Source: an uncultured Chlorobiaceae bacterium (GTDB lineage Bacteria; Bacteroidota; Chlorobiia; Chlorobiales; Chlorobiaceae). From it: 64,000 bases of DNA. Made by a program: the position numbers and the translations under genes. Shown in pieces: positions 9,820 to 20,775 of this stretch; the first letter of the stretch is position 1, and every line of letters begins with the position of its first letter. Where the stretch lies: assembly GCA_903895195.1 (NCBI GenBank), contig CAITSZ010000034.1, positions 47,104 to 111,103 of the forward strand, in the 5' to 3' direction. The notes under the pieces are model-generated. The model made no database searches, was not told the DNA's origin, and was given only the letters and a program-made list of their open reading frames with translations.

Positions 9820-9850
9820 AAAAAAAAAGCCGCCTGTTGATGGGCGGCTT
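9820..9850 (-). terminator. Intrinsic terminator downstream of tRNA-fMet
   Basis: On the minus strand, the stem AGCCGCC / GGCGGCT with an 8-nt loop is followed by a run of 9 T. Confidence 0.8.
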
Positions 9851-9856
9851 TGCTTG

Positions 9857-9929
<73 letters not shown>

Positions 9930-9975
9930 ATGTTTGTGCTACAATGTACGGAATAAAATCACTTAAGCAAGCATT

Positions 9976-12084
9976 TTATTGTATTTTTTTACCATTAGTA
10001 TCTTGTTCATCAGGTTCTATGACAAAAAGTTTCCCGTCAGCCCCTTCAACAGCAAGAATCATCCCCTCTGAAACTTCGTCCCGGATGGTGCGCGGGGCAA
10101 GATTGGCAACCAGCACTACATTTTTGCCAACCATCTCTTCAGGAGTGTAGAAGCGCGCAATTCCGGCAAGTACCTGTTTTGTTACAGAACCAACCTGCAA
10201 TTGAAGTTTGAGGAGTTTGGCTGCTTTTTTAACAGATTCAGCTGCTATAACCTTGGCAACCCTAAGGTCAACCTTTAAAAAATCATCAAAACTGATCACC
10301 GGCTTGAACTCCATACGATCCTGCTCCTCTCCGGCCTCCCGCTTCTCTGCTTCGGCAAGCAGCCCCTCAATTTTCTTGAGTTCCGGAGCAATATCGGCAT
10401 CCTCGATTTTTGTAAACAGTATTTCCGATTCAGCTCTCAGCTTATGCCCTTTCGGGAGTGCTGGGTTAAGCAGAGATGCTGTAAGAGAGCAGCCCTTGGA
10501 AAAACGATCTTCAATGCTATCATGAAACCCGAGCATGGCATAAATCCTGTCGCTGGTTTCCGGAATCACCGGATAGAGCGCAACAGCAAGGGCATGACAA
10601 AGGTTCAGTGAAAGAGCCATAGCTTTTGCAGCCGCCTCGCGGTCAATCTTGATTACTTTCCAGGGCTCCGACTCTGTGAGAAACCGGTTGGCTGCACGGG
10701 CTATCTCCATTCCAAGAGAGGTCGCCTCCCTGAAATGAAACTCTTCAAATGCCGTGTCAAGCTGCCGAAGGGTATCCGGCCAGTCAATACCAAGAGAGTT
10801 CCACTCTTCTGAAGTTGACTCATGGGGCACCACACCATCAAAACGGGCATTGGTAAAATCAACCGACCGCTTGATAAAGTTTCCAAGAGTATCGGCCAGT
10901 TCGCCATTCGTCCTGTTCTGAAAATCCTGCCAGCTGAAATCACTATCCTTGTTTTCTGGATAATTCATTGCAATACTGTAGCGCAGGGTATCAGCCGGAA
11001 ACTTTTCAAGGAACTCACCAAGATAGACCGCATAGTTCCTTGACTTTGAAAACTTTCTTCCCTCGAAATTCATGAACTCCGATGCAGGCACATTATCGGC
11101 AAGATTATATTGCCCGCTCGTTCGCCCTTCGTTCCAAGCCATGAGAATTGCAGGAAACATCAGTGTATGAAACACAACGTTATCCTTGCCGATAAAGTGA
11201 ATGAGCCTGCTCTCAGGATCCTGCCAATACTCTTTCCAGCGATCACTCTGCCCCAGTTTTTCTGCCCACTCCCTGGTAAACGAAATATACCCAAGCACTG
11301 CATCGAACCAGACGTAGAGCACCTTGCCCACAGCTTCCGCCGTGTCGAGAGGCACCTTGATGCCCCAACTCAAATCACGGGTTATCGCCCGATCGTTCAG
11401 ACCCTGTTTAAGCCAGGTGCGGCTATAATTCACCACATTCTGCCGCCACTCATCCTCATGACTCTCTACATACTCCTCAAGCTGTTTCTGGAAGCGTCCA
11501 AGGGGAAAATACCAGTGCATTGTCTCACGCAACTCCGGTGTTGCATCTGAAAGCTTGCTTTTCGGGTTGATAAGCTCAAGGGGACTCAGATGGGTTCCGC
11601 ACTGTTCACACTGGTCACCGTTAGCCTCAGCGTTATTGCATATCGGGCAGGTCCCGGTAACATAGCGATCCGAAAGAAAGCGGTCTGCTTTGCGATCAAA
11701 GAAAAGCTTTTCAGTCTTTTTGGTAAAAATCCCTTTCTTCTCAATCTCAAGAAAAAATTCCTGAGCAGTTTTATGATGAAGCTGAGAAGTCGTTCTGCCA
11801 TAATAATCAAAAGAAATACCACACTTCCGGAACGCATCAAGGTTCATCGAATGGTAGCGATCGACGACGTCCTTGGGGGAAATCCCCTCTTTTTCTGCCG
11901 TAATGGTAATCGGTACACCGTGTTCATCAGACCCGCCGATATGAAGCACATCCTCACCCTTGAGTCTTTTGTAGCGAACATATATATCGGCAGGAAGGTA
12001 AACACCTGCCAGGTGGCCGAGGTGAACCGGGCCATTGGCGTACGGAAGAGCCGTTGTGACCAGAGTTCTTTTAAACTGAAGCAT
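9976..12084 (-). CDS. metG: Methionine--tRNA ligase (long form with C-terminal tRNA-binding domain)
   Basis: TTALPYANGPVHLGHL (HIGH-type motif), a Zn knuckle CPICNN...CEQCG, KFSKSR (KMSKS), and a C-terminal EMAP/Trbp111-like DLRVAKV...LKLQLQVG. Confidence 0.95.
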   Translation of the reverse strand: MLQFKRTLVTTALPYANGPVHLGHLAGVYLPADIYVRYKRLKGEDVLHIGGSDEHGVPITITAEKEGISPKDVVDRYHSMNLDAFRKCGISFDYYGRTTSQLHHKTAQEFFLEIEKKGIFTKKTEKLFFDRKADRFLSDRYVTGTCPICNNAEANGDQCEQCGTHLSPLELINPKSKLSDATPELRETMHWYFPLGRFQKQLEEYVESHEDEWRQNVVNYSRTWLKQGLNDRAITRDLSWGIKVPLDTAEAVGKVLYVWFDAVLGYISFTREWAEKLGQSDRWKEYWQDPESRLIHFIGKDNVVFHTLMFPAILMAWNEGRTSGQYNLADNVPASEFMNFEGRKFSKSRNYAVYLGEFLEKFPADTLRYSIAMNYPENKDSDFSWQDFQNRTNGELADTLGNFIKRSVDFTNARFDGVVPHESTSEEWNSLGIDWPDTLRQLDTAFEEFHFREATSLGMEIARAANRFLTESEPWKVIKIDREAAAKAMALSLNLCHALAVALYPVIPETSDRIYAMLGFHDSIEDRFSKGCSLTASLLNPALPKGHKLRAESEILFTKIEDADIAPELKKIEGLLAEAEKREAGEEQDRMEFKPVISFDDFLKVDLRVAKVIAAESVKKAAKLLKLQLQVGSVTKQVLAGIARFYTPEEMVGKNVVLVANLAPRTIRDEVSEGMILAVEGADGKLFVIEPDEQDTNGKKIQ

Positions 12085-12095
12085 ACTGAATGGAA

Positions 12096-13073
12096 CTATT
12101 TTTTTTCAAACATGGCGTTGAACTTTTCAACAGGAATCCTGCGAGTCTGGCCGCCCTGAAGATAACGAAGGAAGACAAGCTTTTTCTGAGCATCAATATT
12201 TTCAATAACTGCAGCTCCCTCAGGAGTGTTCACCCTGCTTCCCACCGGAGGCAGCGGTATCTGTGCTGCGGTCTGTGAAGGGCATCCCTTCTCATGTTTC
12301 GAATATCCTAGACAGCATTTGGGACGGTTACATATTCCTGTCACATTAAATGCATGGTTATCATTTCCGTTGGTTTCGGAATATTGAGATTTTTCAGAAA
12401 ATGGATTGGCGTGTATTTTTGGAAGCCAGCTCGAACAGCATAAAAGACATCCGCACGGTCCAAACGCATTTGCCCTTCTGGCCTCTTCACGGGTTGTAAT
12501 CTGCACCATCTGAATTCTTGCCTTGAACTCTCCAGCAAGGTCACGAACAAGAGTCCTGAAATCAACTCGATGTGAGGAGGTATAATAAACCGAGAGTTTC
12601 TGCTGGTCCATACGCAACTCCACATCAACCAGCTTCAGTTCAAGTTCATGCTTTTTAATCTTGTTCTGGCAGACCTCGCGAATCTCCGACTGCCGTTTTT
12701 TCAGTTCAATAATTGCCAGGTTGTCACTCTCGTCGGCAATTCGCAAAACCTCTGTACACTCAGTTCCATTCTTGTCCAGTCCTTTCAGCTGAAGCTTTTT
12801 GCGCGCAATCTGCCCTACGGAATAAACAACGCCAAAATCATACCCTCCATCTGACTCAATAATAACCTGTAATCCTATACTGAAAGGGATACCTGTATTA
12901 TTGCGAAAAAATTCACGACGGCATCCCTGAAGTTCAACCTCACAGATATCATCAACAACATCTTCAGAAACCGCCCCGTATATGGCCTCCATCTCACTAT
13001 GCAGCAATTGTGAAAGCCGCAGCCTTACCTTGGTATTATCACCTAAAAGACAACTGCATATAACATTACTCAT
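12096..13073 (-). CDS. PSP1 domain protein (RicT/YaaT-like)
   Basis: PSP1 core KLSVYYTSSHRVDFRTLVRDLAGEFKARIQMVQI, and a Cys-rich segment GPCGCLLCCSSWL as in YaaT-like proteins. Confidence 0.75.
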   Translation of the reverse strand: MSNVICSCLLGDNTKVRLRLSQLLHSEMEAIYGAVSEDVVDDICEVELQGCRREFFRNNTGIPFSIGLQVIIESDGGYDFGVVYSVGQIARKKLQLKGLDKNGTECTEVLRIADESDNLAIIELKKRQSEIREVCQNKIKKHELELKLVDVELRMDQQKLSVYYTSSHRVDFRTLVRDLAGEFKARIQMVQITTREEARRANAFGPCGCLLCCSSWLPKIHANPFSEKSQYSETNGNDNHAFNVTGICNRPKCCLGYSKHEKGCPSQTAAQIPLPPVGSRVNTPEGAAVIENIDAQKKLVFLRYLQGGQTRRIPVEKFNAMFEKK

Positions 13074-13109
13074 AAAAGATTGTTTATATAGTTCCGAATC
13101 ACCGCAATA

Positions 13110-13874
13110 CTACCTTTTTTCACGACCGAAAAAACGTGTAAACGCTTCTATACGCCTGTTTATTGAATCCTTACCTTTAACCAGAGTCATGGCTTCATCC
13201 AGCATCCCGTTCCTCACCTTTCCTCCAAGATCATCAAGGTGCCGCTCCGTCATCCCCTGCATGTAGGAGGTCAGGTCATCCGCACCGGAATTTTCAGCCC
13301 GGGAAAGTAACCGGGGCTCCAAAAAAGAGAGGAAGAGCTCAGGTTTTTGTTCACCAAGATATTCAATCCGACTGACAACTGAAACAAGGTAAATCGAAGG
13401 CGTTTTTTCAAGAACACGCGAAACAATAGATGCTGTCCCTTTTAAAAAAAGAAGTGGCCGCTGGTCTACAGGCTCTATCTTTCCCTGGGGGAAAATCCAC
13501 AGGGCATTCTGTCGATCACTATCGGCAGTGAGCAGCTCAGCCGCGTAACGAAGCGTATCGAGCAAACTTCTCGGGCGGGACCGATCAAGGGAAAACGCTC
13601 CTATACGGGTAAAAAAACGGTGTTTCTTTAACTGTTGATACTCGATAATAATATGCAGGTTCTGATGAAAATATTCTTCAGTGCAAATCGGCGACCAGAA
13701 CCCATCCCACCAATAGGCATGATTGGCATAAAAAATAACCGGAATACGGGGATTCATCTCCCGTACTCCGGCCTGCATAAAAACACGCACCGAGTTAAAA
13801 TACCGCTTGAACTGCCGGCGGGAATACCAGCTGAACCAGAGGGTATAAAGTATGCTCCGTCGGACTTTGAGCAT
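13110..13874 (-). CDS. PlsC-family acyltransferase (lysophospholipid acyltransferase-like)
   Basis: HX4D acyltransferase motif NHAYWWDG near the N-terminus, and FPQGK block III. Confidence 0.65.
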   Translation of the reverse strand: MLKVRRSILYTLWFSWYSRRQFKRYFNSVRVFMQAGVREMNPRIPVIFYANHAYWWDGFWSPICTEEYFHQNLHIIIEYQQLKKHRFFTRIGAFSLDRSRPRSLLDTLRYAAELLTADSDRQNALWIFPQGKIEPVDQRPLLFLKGTASIVSRVLEKTPSIYLVSVVSRIEYLGEQKPELFLSFLEPRLLSRAENSGADDLTSYMQGMTERHLDDLGGKVRNGMLDEAMTLVKGKDSINRRIEAFTRFFGREKR

Positions 13875-13880
13875 CCGCGC

Positions 13881-15089
13881 TTATTTAAACGCTCTCCTGA
13901 TACGGTTTATCGCCTCCTCCAACGAGGAGATTGAGGCCGCATAGGAAAGACGAAGGTTTTCAGGCGCACCGAAAGCATCACCAGGAACAGTGGCCACATG
14001 ATGCACTTTCAGAAGATATTCGGCAACATCTGCAGAATCCTTCATCACCACTCCGTTAAAGGTCCGACCAAACACTCCGCTCACGTCCGGGAAAATATAA
14101 AACGCCCCTTGTGGTAGGGCTGTTTTAAAGCCGGGAATGCTATTAAGAGCCTGATACATATAATCACGACGCTTTTCAAATTCAGCACGACGCTCTTCAA
14201 CAATCCCCTGATCCCCAGTCAATGCTGCTACAGCGGCTTTCTGGGCAATGGCATTGGCGTTTGAAGTGGTCTGCGACTGTATCTTGTCACAGGCGTTAAT
14301 CAACCATTTCGGTCCGGCAAGATACCCGATTCTCCAGCCGGTCATGGCATAGGTTTTCGATACGCCGTTACTGACGATAACCCAATCCTTGATAGCCGGA
14401 ATCCTTGCGGGAGAAAACGGACGGACATCGCCATAAACGATCATATCATACATCTCGTCAGAGACAATAAAAATTTCGCGTCCTTCAATAACCTTGACAA
14501 GCGCACGAACCTCATCTTCACTGTACACCGATCCTGTAGGATTGGATGGGGAATTGAGCACAAGAGCCTTCGTTTTTGGCGTAATGGCAGCCTCCAGCTG
14601 CTCCGGTGTCATTTTATACTCATTCTCCAGCGTGGTATGGACGATAACCGGTGTAGCACTCGCAAGTCGCACCATCTCAGGAAAACTCACCCAGTAGGGT
14701 GCGGGAACTATCACCTCATCCCCCTCCTGGCAAAGCGCTAGAAAGGTATTGGCAAGAGTCTGCTTGCCTCCATTGCTGACGATGATCTGGTTTGGCTGAA
14801 ACTCCAGCTCATTATCACGCTTGAACTTTGCAATAATGGCAGCTTTAAGTTCCGGGATGCCGGAATTGGCCGTATATCGGGTAAACCCTGCATTGATGGC
14901 CGCAATAGCCGCCTGATTAACGTTCTCAGGAGTTGGAAAATCCGGCTCTCCGGCTGAAAGACTGACAATGTCCTTACCTTCGGCCTTCATAGAAGCGGCA
15001 AGGTTGCTGATTCGCATGGTTTGCGACTCCTGCATGCTCAGTACCCTGCGTGTCAGATATTTTTCTTCGAGAATATGCGTTGAAGACAT
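13881..15089 (-). CDS. Class I PLP-dependent aminotransferase (aspartate aminotransferase-like)
   Basis: [19 protein letters not shown], and [13 protein letters not shown] containing the PLP lysine. The start may be the internal M19. Confidence 0.85.
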   Translation of the reverse strand: MSSTHILEEKYLTRRVLSMQESQTMRISNLAASMKAEGKDIVSLSAGEPDFPTPENVNQAAIAAINAGFTRYTANSGIPELKAAIIAKFKRDNELEFQPNQIIVSNGGKQTLANTFLALCQEGDEVIVPAPYWVSFPEMVRLASATPVIVHTTLENEYKMTPEQLEAAITPKTKALVLNSPSNPTGSVYSEDEVRALVKVIEGREIFIVSDEMYDMIVYGDVRPFSPARIPAIKDWVIVSNGVSKTYAMTGWRIGYLAGPKWLINACDKIQSQTTSNANAIAQKAAVAALTGDQGIVEERRAEFEKRRDYMYQALNSIPGFKTALPQGAFYIFPDVSGVFGRTFNGVVMKDSADVAEYLLKVHHVATVPGDAFGAPENLRLSYAASISSLEEAINRIRRAFK

Positions 15090-15101
15090 TCGAATGGTGA
15101 T

Positions 15102-15605
15102 TTATGATTTATTTATTTTTAGTTCATCTCGTTTTTGATGCAGCATTTCCAGAACACATGGATGCACAAATTTACTGACATCCCCGCCCAGTAAACCTAC
15201 CTCCTTGATAATCGACGAAGCAACATAGGTATATTTGACATTCGGCATCAAAAACACTGTTGTGACCTCCGGATAGAGCTGCCGGTTCAAAAGCGAGATC
15301 TGAAACTCATACTCAAAGTCCTTGACCTGCCTCACTCCCCTAACAATAGCCCTTGCACCTAACTGCCGGGCATAATCTGCAAGCAGACCGTCATGCAGCA
15401 TTTCGACACTGACAGTGGAGTAATCGGCAGTAACCTCCCTGATCATGCAAAGCCTCTCTTCAGCACTGAAGAGTGCGTGTTTAAGACTGTTCTCAGCAAT
15501 AACTACAATGACTTCCTCAAAAATATTAAGCGCACGCTCAAGGACATCAAGATGGCCATTGGTGAAAGGATCGAAGGTCCCGGGATATATGGCTTTCTGT
15601 TTCAT
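15102..15605 (-). CDS. coaD: Phosphopantetheine adenylyltransferase
   Basis: [16 protein letters not shown] (HxGH nucleotidyltransferase motif), 167 aa. Confidence 0.9.
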   Translation of the reverse strand: MKQKAIYPGTFDPFTNGHLDVLERALNIFEEVIVVIAENSLKHALFSAEERLCMIREVTADYSTVSVEMLHDGLLADYARQLGARAIVRGVRQVKDFEYEFQISLLNRQLYPEVTTVFLMPNVKYTYVASSIIKEVGLLGGDVSKFVHPCVLEMLHQKRDELKINKS

Positions 15606-15621
15606 CGGCAGAAAAAATTCT

Positions 15622-16158
15622 TCAGTGCTGAAAAAAAGTAACTCTTGTCATACCATAATCCCTGTGAAAAGAGTAATACGACGACTGTATGAAATCAATA
15701 TGAGTACTATGCTCGATAAGCAGAAAGCCCTTTTCTGCAAGCAGTTTCCCTCCGACAATTTTTTCAATCAGCAGATTGTAGTCATGCCAGGAATAAGGCG
15801 GATCGCAAAAGACAAGATCGAACTCTCCTGTCGCACGACCAAGAAATGCACAAACATCCGAATTCACAACTTTGACACTATCCTGAACCCCTAACTGAAG
15901 GGCTGTAGACTTTAAAGCTTTGAGTGCATCAACATGCTGATCAACAAAACAAACTGAACCTGCACCACGGCTCAACGCCTCAAAACCAAGAGAACCGAAC
16001 CCGGCAAACACATCGAGAACCTCCATCCCCTCAAAGTCTACTCTTCCTTCAAGAATATCAAAGAGTGACTTTTTCACCCGGCTGCTGCAAGGACGTATTG
16101 CATGAGACGATGAGCTCCTGATTTTGCGCCCCCTGTATATTCCAGCCAGAATCTGCAC
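15622..16158 (-). CDS. rsmD: 16S rRNA (guanine966-N2)-methyltransferase RsmD
   Basis: [13 protein letters not shown] start typical of Rsm[24 protein letters not shown] motif, and DPPY catalytic motif. Confidence 0.85.
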   Translation of the reverse strand: MQILAGIYRGRKIRSSSSHAIRPCSSRVKKSLFDILEGRVDFEGMEVLDVFAGFGSLGFEALSRGAGSVCFVDQHVDALKALKSTALQLGVQDSVKVVNSDVCAFLGRATGEFDLVFCDPPYSWHDYNLLIEKIVGGKLLAEKGFLLIEHSTHIDFIQSSYYSFHRDYGMTRVTFFQH

Positions 16159-16173
16159 TAAACACCTTTCAGG

Positions 16174-17085
16174 CTAAAAGTCACCGAACACGGTCTCCGT
16201 GAGAATGACAAGCGCTTTTTCAGCATCATCCTTTGTCGGCGGCTTTCCGTGCCAGTTAGATTTGTCCGGCATAGACCCCTCAAAAAAAGAAACGCCTTTA
16301 CCCATAATGGTTACAGCAAGCACAACCGATGGCCTCGTGCGATGTTCATCAGCCTGGATAGCTTCAACAGTGCTGATAAAATCTTCGATATTATTACCGT
16401 CGCAATGATAGACATCCCAGCCAAATGAGCGCCATTTATCAGCAAAAGGTTCAACGCTCATAATATCGGTTACCTCACCGTCGATCTGCAGATTATTGCA
16501 ATCAACAATACCTATAAGTTTTCCAAGCCCGTAATGAGAGGCACTCATGGCAGCTTCCCAAACCTGGCCTTCCTGACACTCTCCATCCCCCATCAGACAG
16601 AACACATCATGATTATTACCGTCAATACGCAGGCCAAGTGCGGCACCGACTGCTGCAGAAAGACCTTGACCCAGTGAGCCGGAAGCGATTCTGACACCAG
16701 GAAGTCTGGCTTCGGATGTCGGATGACCCTGCAGGTATGAGTTCACCTGACGCAGGGAGTTCAGCTCGCTGATCGGGAAATAGCCTGAACGGGCAAGGAC
16801 ACTGTACCAGACAGGAGCTATATGGCCGTTGGAAAGAAAAACAAAGTCCTGATCATCACTCTGCCAGAACTTATGCGGATCCTTTTTAAGGAGCCTGAAA
16901 TAGAGCGCTGTAAAAATATCAGCCATACCAAGCGAACCTCCCGTATGGCCGGAATTGGCCCTGGCAAGCATTCTGATAATATCCCGTCGAACCTGACGGG
17001 CCATCTCATTGAGTTCATCAATGGTGGCAAGCGTAAGAAGCTCGCCCTTTTTTTCCGCAGGATACACTTTTAAGTCTTTTGCCAT
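16174..17085 (-). CDS. Transketolase, N-terminal (TPP-binding) subunit
   Basis: SGHTGGSLG, LSNGH and GDGECQEGQVWEA TPP-binding blocks. The 303-aa length is typical of split transketolase subunit A. Confidence 0.85.
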   Translation of the reverse strand: MAKDLKVYPAEKKGELLTLATIDELNEMARQVRRDIIRMLARANSGHTGGSLGMADIFTALYFRLLKKDPHKFWQSDDQDFVFLSNGHIAPVWYSVLARSGYFPISELNSLRQVNSYLQGHPTSEARLPGVRIASGSLGQGLSAAVGAALGLRIDGNNHDVFCLMGDGECQEGQVWEAAMSASHYGLGKLIGIVDCNNLQIDGEVTDIMSVEPFADKWRSFGWDVYHCDGNNIEDFISTVEAIQADEHRTRPSVVLAVTIMGKGVSFFEGSMPDKSNWHGKPPTKDDAEKALVILTETVFGDF

Positions 17086-17159
17086 GGCAGATCAACAAAA
17101 TTCTCGCGAATTAATAAAAAAGGTGCAGTTTAAGGGTCGGGTGATAATAACAAAAAAAC

Positions 17160-17804
17160 TTATTCATGTTCACGCTTTCTTTCCCTGAAAAACTTCCAGA
17201 CCGAAAAAGAAAGAAGCAACACAAACAAAATCGATACAGGCACAGTGTAAAGTGCAACATAACCTCCTATATGCTTCCAGTTGCTTCCCAGTAAAAAACC
17301 GCCGTACAAGAGCAACACATTCCATGCTGTAGCACTTGCAGCGGCAGCAAGAAAGACAATCGGGGTTCTTAGATGCATCAACCCTGACATAACGGAAATA
17401 ACAGCTCTGGAACCAAACAGAAAGCGGTTTGCAAGCACAGCAACATAACCATGAGCGGCAAATTTCCGGCGGAGAAGATCCATATCGGAAGGAGGAAAAA
17501 ACTTATGAGCACTTTTTGAGAGCCAGTGTTCAACCGGTGTACCTCCCTCGGCATACAACTTCATGCCTAAATATTTACTGAGCAGGTACACAAGCATAAA
17601 CCCGGCAGTGGAGCCCGCAGAAGCCCAGAATAACGCGCCGACAAAAGTGATCCCGCTTGTATAGATCAAATAACCTATAAAAGCAACCGGCACATCTCCA
17701 GGAATCGGCGGCACTATATTTTCAAAAAAAGCAATCAGAAAAAGAAACAGATAGATCGAAAATGGATCCGCATGCTGCAGATAAGCAATTGCAGATTCAA
17801 GCAT
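17160..17804 (-). CDS. DedA-family (SNARE-associated) membrane protein
   Basis: 214 aa, multi-TM. FLIAFFENIVPPIPGDV is the DedA N-terminal signature. Confidence 0.7.
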   Translation of the reverse strand: MLESAIAYLQHADPFSIYLFLFLIAFFENIVPPIPGDVPVAFIGYLIYTSGITFVGALFWASAGSTAGFMLVYLLSKYLGMKLYAEGGTPVEHWLSKSAHKFFPPSDMDLLRRKFAAHGYVAVLANRFLFGSRAVISVMSGLMHLRTPIVFLAAAASATAWNVLLLYGGFLLGSNWKHIGGYVALYTVPVSILFVLLLSFSVWKFFRERKREHE

Positions 17805-17834
17805 TCAACCTCCCTTTCTTCTGTAAGTTAAGTC

Positions 17835-18545
17835 TCAATCGAGATCAAGCACCCTTCTCTGAACTTCGCTGTAGGCATCCTCTACACCGCCAAGATCAAA
17901 CCTGAAACGATCCTTATCCATTTTTTCATTTGTGTCAAGATCCCAGAACCGGCATGTATCAGGACTTATCTCATCACCAAGAAGAATTTCCCCATTGTGA
18001 CGGCCGAACTCGAGTTTGAAATCAACAAGCTTCAGTTTTCGGTCAGCAAAAAACTTCTTGAGCACAGTATTAATAGCTTCTGCACGGTTTTTCAGCACCG
18101 CAAGTTCCTCCAGAGTTGCAACACCAAGCGCAACTGCATGTGACTCATTCATCAAAGGATCATCCAGATCGTCATCTTTCAGATAAAACTCGACTATAGG
18201 TTTTGCAAGCACGGTTCCTTCAGCAAATCCATACCGCTTCACCAATGAACCTGCGGCAATGTTGCGAACAACAACTTCAACCTTTATAATATCAAGATGG
18301 CGGCAAAGCATATCGCGATCAGAAAGCTTTTCGACCAGATGCGTATGTATCCCTTCATTTTCAAGAAGAGTAAAGAGCTTGCAGGAAATAGCGTTGTTCA
18401 CAACACCCTTCTCTGCAATAGTGCCTTTTTTCTTGTTATTGAATGCAGTCGCATCGTCCTTGAACTCCTGTATGACCAGGTTGCTCTCTTCTGTTAAAAA
18501 AACCTTTTTAGCCTTCCCTTCGTAAAGTTGTGTCGTCTTTTTCAT
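17835..18545 (-). CDS. purC: Phosphoribosylaminoimidazole-succinocarboxamide (SAICAR) synthase
   Basis: LYEGKAKKVF, KDDATAFNNKKKG and LGDEISPDTCRFWD are PurC hallmarks. Confidence 0.9.
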   Translation of the reverse strand: MKKTTQLYEGKAKKVFLTEESNLVIQEFKDDATAFNNKKKGTIAEKGVVNNAISCKLFTLLENEGIHTHLVEKLSDRDMLCRHLDIIKVEVVVRNIAAGSLVKRYGFAEGTVLAKPIVEFYLKDDDLDDPLMNESHAVALGVATLEELAVLKNRAEAINTVLKKFFADRKLKLVDFKLEFGRHNGEILLGDEISPDTCRFWDLDTNEKMDKDRFRFDLGGVEDAYSEVQRRVLDLD

Positions 18546-18619
18546 GGAACCCGTTTTTATTGTGTATTGGCTATCGCAGCAGGATACCGTGCCCAGCCTC
18601 TTAAACTAATCTCTTCAAG

Positions 18620-19018
18620 CTACTCTTCATGATCAGAAGCCGCCTGTTCAACCGCTCCGGTAAGCACAATGGTAATCTGATCGTCAGTAAGGCCCTTATC
18701 TTTCAAAAAGCTCATAAACCTGAACACCCCAAGATCAGAAAGCATGGCTTTCGGCTGATCATTGACGGTAAGCCCTCTGGTACGGCTATACTCGCCGGAT
18801 GTCTTGATCCAGTCATCAATAAACTGTTCCGATTTTCCGTTTTCAAGAAAGAAACCGGTCACAATCCGTTCAACCTCATCCCTTGATGGTTCCGGATGAG
18901 CCGTAAACAGAAACTGCATCTCTTCAGAAATCCTTGCCAGCACTATAACCGCCTCCTTATCAAGGTTCTCTTCAAGGATATCTTTCGCCTGTTCCTTGAC
19001 ACCGCTCTTCTGGGTCAT
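18620..19018 (-). CDS. Hypothetical protein, 132 aa
   Basis: Clean ORF in a gene-dense same-strand run. No recognisable motif. Confidence 0.45.
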   Translation of the reverse strand: MTQKSGVKEQAKDILEENLDKEAVIVLARISEEMQFLFTAHPEPSRDEVERIVTGFFLENGKSEQFIDDWIKTSGEYSRTRGLTVNDQPKAMLSDLGVFRFMSFLKDKGLTDDQITIVLTGAVEQAASDHEE

Positions 19019-19404
19019 ACTGTTTTCCGGATCGTTGGATAATAAAATATTGACAGCTGAAAAATCCCGAATAAGTTACAAAGAAAAATAGCAAATACAT
19101 AAGAGATCATGCTTTGACTTACTTCCCTGTAAATACACGGCAGGCCTGAAAACCTGTCATAAAATGAAACGCCCCCACACTGGAGATACGTCTATAAATG
19201 AATAATTTTTGTTCGCGGTTTTTTATGCCGCAATATGCTAAAATACCATTATAGTATCGCATCTACTGTCACAGCAAGCAACCTTGATTCATATAGAGCA
19301 GTTGTTTCTCTTTTTAGTAAAATCAGATCCTTCCTGTCTTCTGCAGTTAATTGGTCAAGACCAATAAGATCTTCCTCTATTAGGGAAAAAGCGAACGTGT
19401 GCTG

Positions 19405-19590
19405 TTAAAAGGGGCCCTGCGATTGAAGGGGATGTGATTCCGGTTCAGGAAACACCAGTTCTTTTGCTCGAATAATGTCTTGCAGTTGTGTCGCCTTATT
19501 TCCTCCAATGAGCAAGATGTACAACGTCAAACCGTGCTGCATGAAATAACATTCGGTCTCCTGAATGACCCTGAATTTATTGCAGATCAA
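19405..19590 (-). pseudogene. Remnant of a RelE/ParE-superfamily addiction-module killer toxin (C-terminal half only)
   Basis: FRVIQ...YFMQHGLTLYILLIGGNKATQLQDIIRAKEL parallels the C-terminal YRVYF...VILLxGGDKSTQxxDIxRAKxL of killer proteins. The N-terminal half is missing or frame-broken upstream. Confidence 0.45.
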
Positions 19591-19718
19591 ATATTACGCA
19601 TAAATTATGTTTTTCTGAATTAAATTCACTTATCATTTCATTCATAACCGCCTTGGCAATTTTTCTCACGTAGGCATTCGTGGATACTCTACCGAAGAGT
19701 TGCTGATAGATCATCATA

Positions 19719-20774
19719 ATGGCTCAGAAAAAACAGAAAGTGCTCATGCGAAGATTAGACTCTTTTGTTTGTCTCTTTTTCGGGTTGGCATCTTGCATTT
19801 CCAGCCCTGCCACAGGCAGTCCAAAGTCTGAAAAAACAGTGCTTTTCATGTGGTGGAACGTCGAGAATCTCTTTGATCCCTCGAACGATCCGGCGACCGA
19901 TGACGATGATTTCACTCCTGAAGGGAGCATGAACTGGACAGAAAAGAAACTTCTCCTCAAACAGATGAGGCTCCGCCATACCCTTTCGGCAATACAGGCG
20001 CACCCCGACTACAGAAAGTACCCCGACATCGTTGCATTTGCGGAAGTGGAAAATGAGCGCGTCTTCAAGGGAACACTCTCCCCATTAAACGGCATCAAAT
20101 ACAAATCCATATACTATGAATCGTCCGACTCGAGAGGCATTGATGTTGCTCTGGCCTACAACCCGCAAACGCTTCGTCCCATAGCATCGAAAGCCTACAC
20201 CGTGCCAATGGAAGGCAGACCGACAAGAAAAATCATCGTCGCCGGATTTTCCGCAGCCAGCCACCCGTTTCATGTTATTCTGAACCACTGGCCATCACGT
20301 TCCTTCGATACAGAGTGGACCGAACGCAAGCGAATTTCAGCAGCAACGGTGACCCGCCACATTCTCGACAGCCTGCGTATCGGAAACCATGCAGCCGATA
20401 TCATTGTCATGGGCGATTTCAACGACGAACCCGAAAATCGCTCAATTAAAAAGTTCCTTGGCTCAACTGATGATGCTGCAAAGGTTAAAGCAAACGGCAG
20501 GGAGCTCCTCTACAACTGCTGGAGCGGCTATGATGGAATTGGAAGTTTCTCCTTCCATAACAAATGGCAGCACATCGACCAGATTCTCCTCTCCTCCGGC
20601 ATGCTCGACAGCAATGGCCTTTATGCCCGAAACAACGCATTCCGCTGCTTCTTTTTTTCAAAAATGCTGGACGACTCCGGCAAGAGAGCCTATGCAACCT
20701 ATGAAAAAAGAAAATATAAAGGCGGATATTCCGACCACCTGCCGCTTCTATTAAAAGCAGGCATTGCCGAATAG
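19719..20774 (+). CDS. Secreted endonuclease/exonuclease/phosphatase (EEP) family protein
   Basis: Signal-like N-terminus. MWWNVENLFD, VMGDFND and YSDHLPL are the EEP catalytic blocks. Confidence 0.8.
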   Translation: MAQKKQKVLMRRLDSFVCLFFGLASCISSPATGSPKSEKTVLFMWWNVENLFDPSNDPATDDDDFTPEGSMNWTEKKLLLKQMRLRHTLSAIQAHPDYRKYPDIVAFAEVENERVFKGTLSPLNGIKYKSIYYESSDSRGIDVALAYNPQTLRPIASKAYTVPMEGRPTRKIIVAGFSAASHPFHVILNHWPSRSFDTEWTERKRISAATVTRHILDSLRIGNHAADIIVMGDFNDEPENRSIKKFLGSTDDAAKVKANGRELLYNCWSGYDGIGSFSFHNKWQHIDQILLSSGMLDSNGLYARNNAFRCFFFSKMLDDSGKRAYATYEKRKYKGGYSDHLPLLLKAGIAE

Positions 20775-20775
20775 C

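Noticed and set aside
11590-12159. A 189-aa plus-strand ORF antisense to the metG 5' end. The track contains many similar antisense ORFs inside long genes.
   Set aside because: These are shadow ORFs opposite strongly supported genes. They have no motifs and atypical composition.
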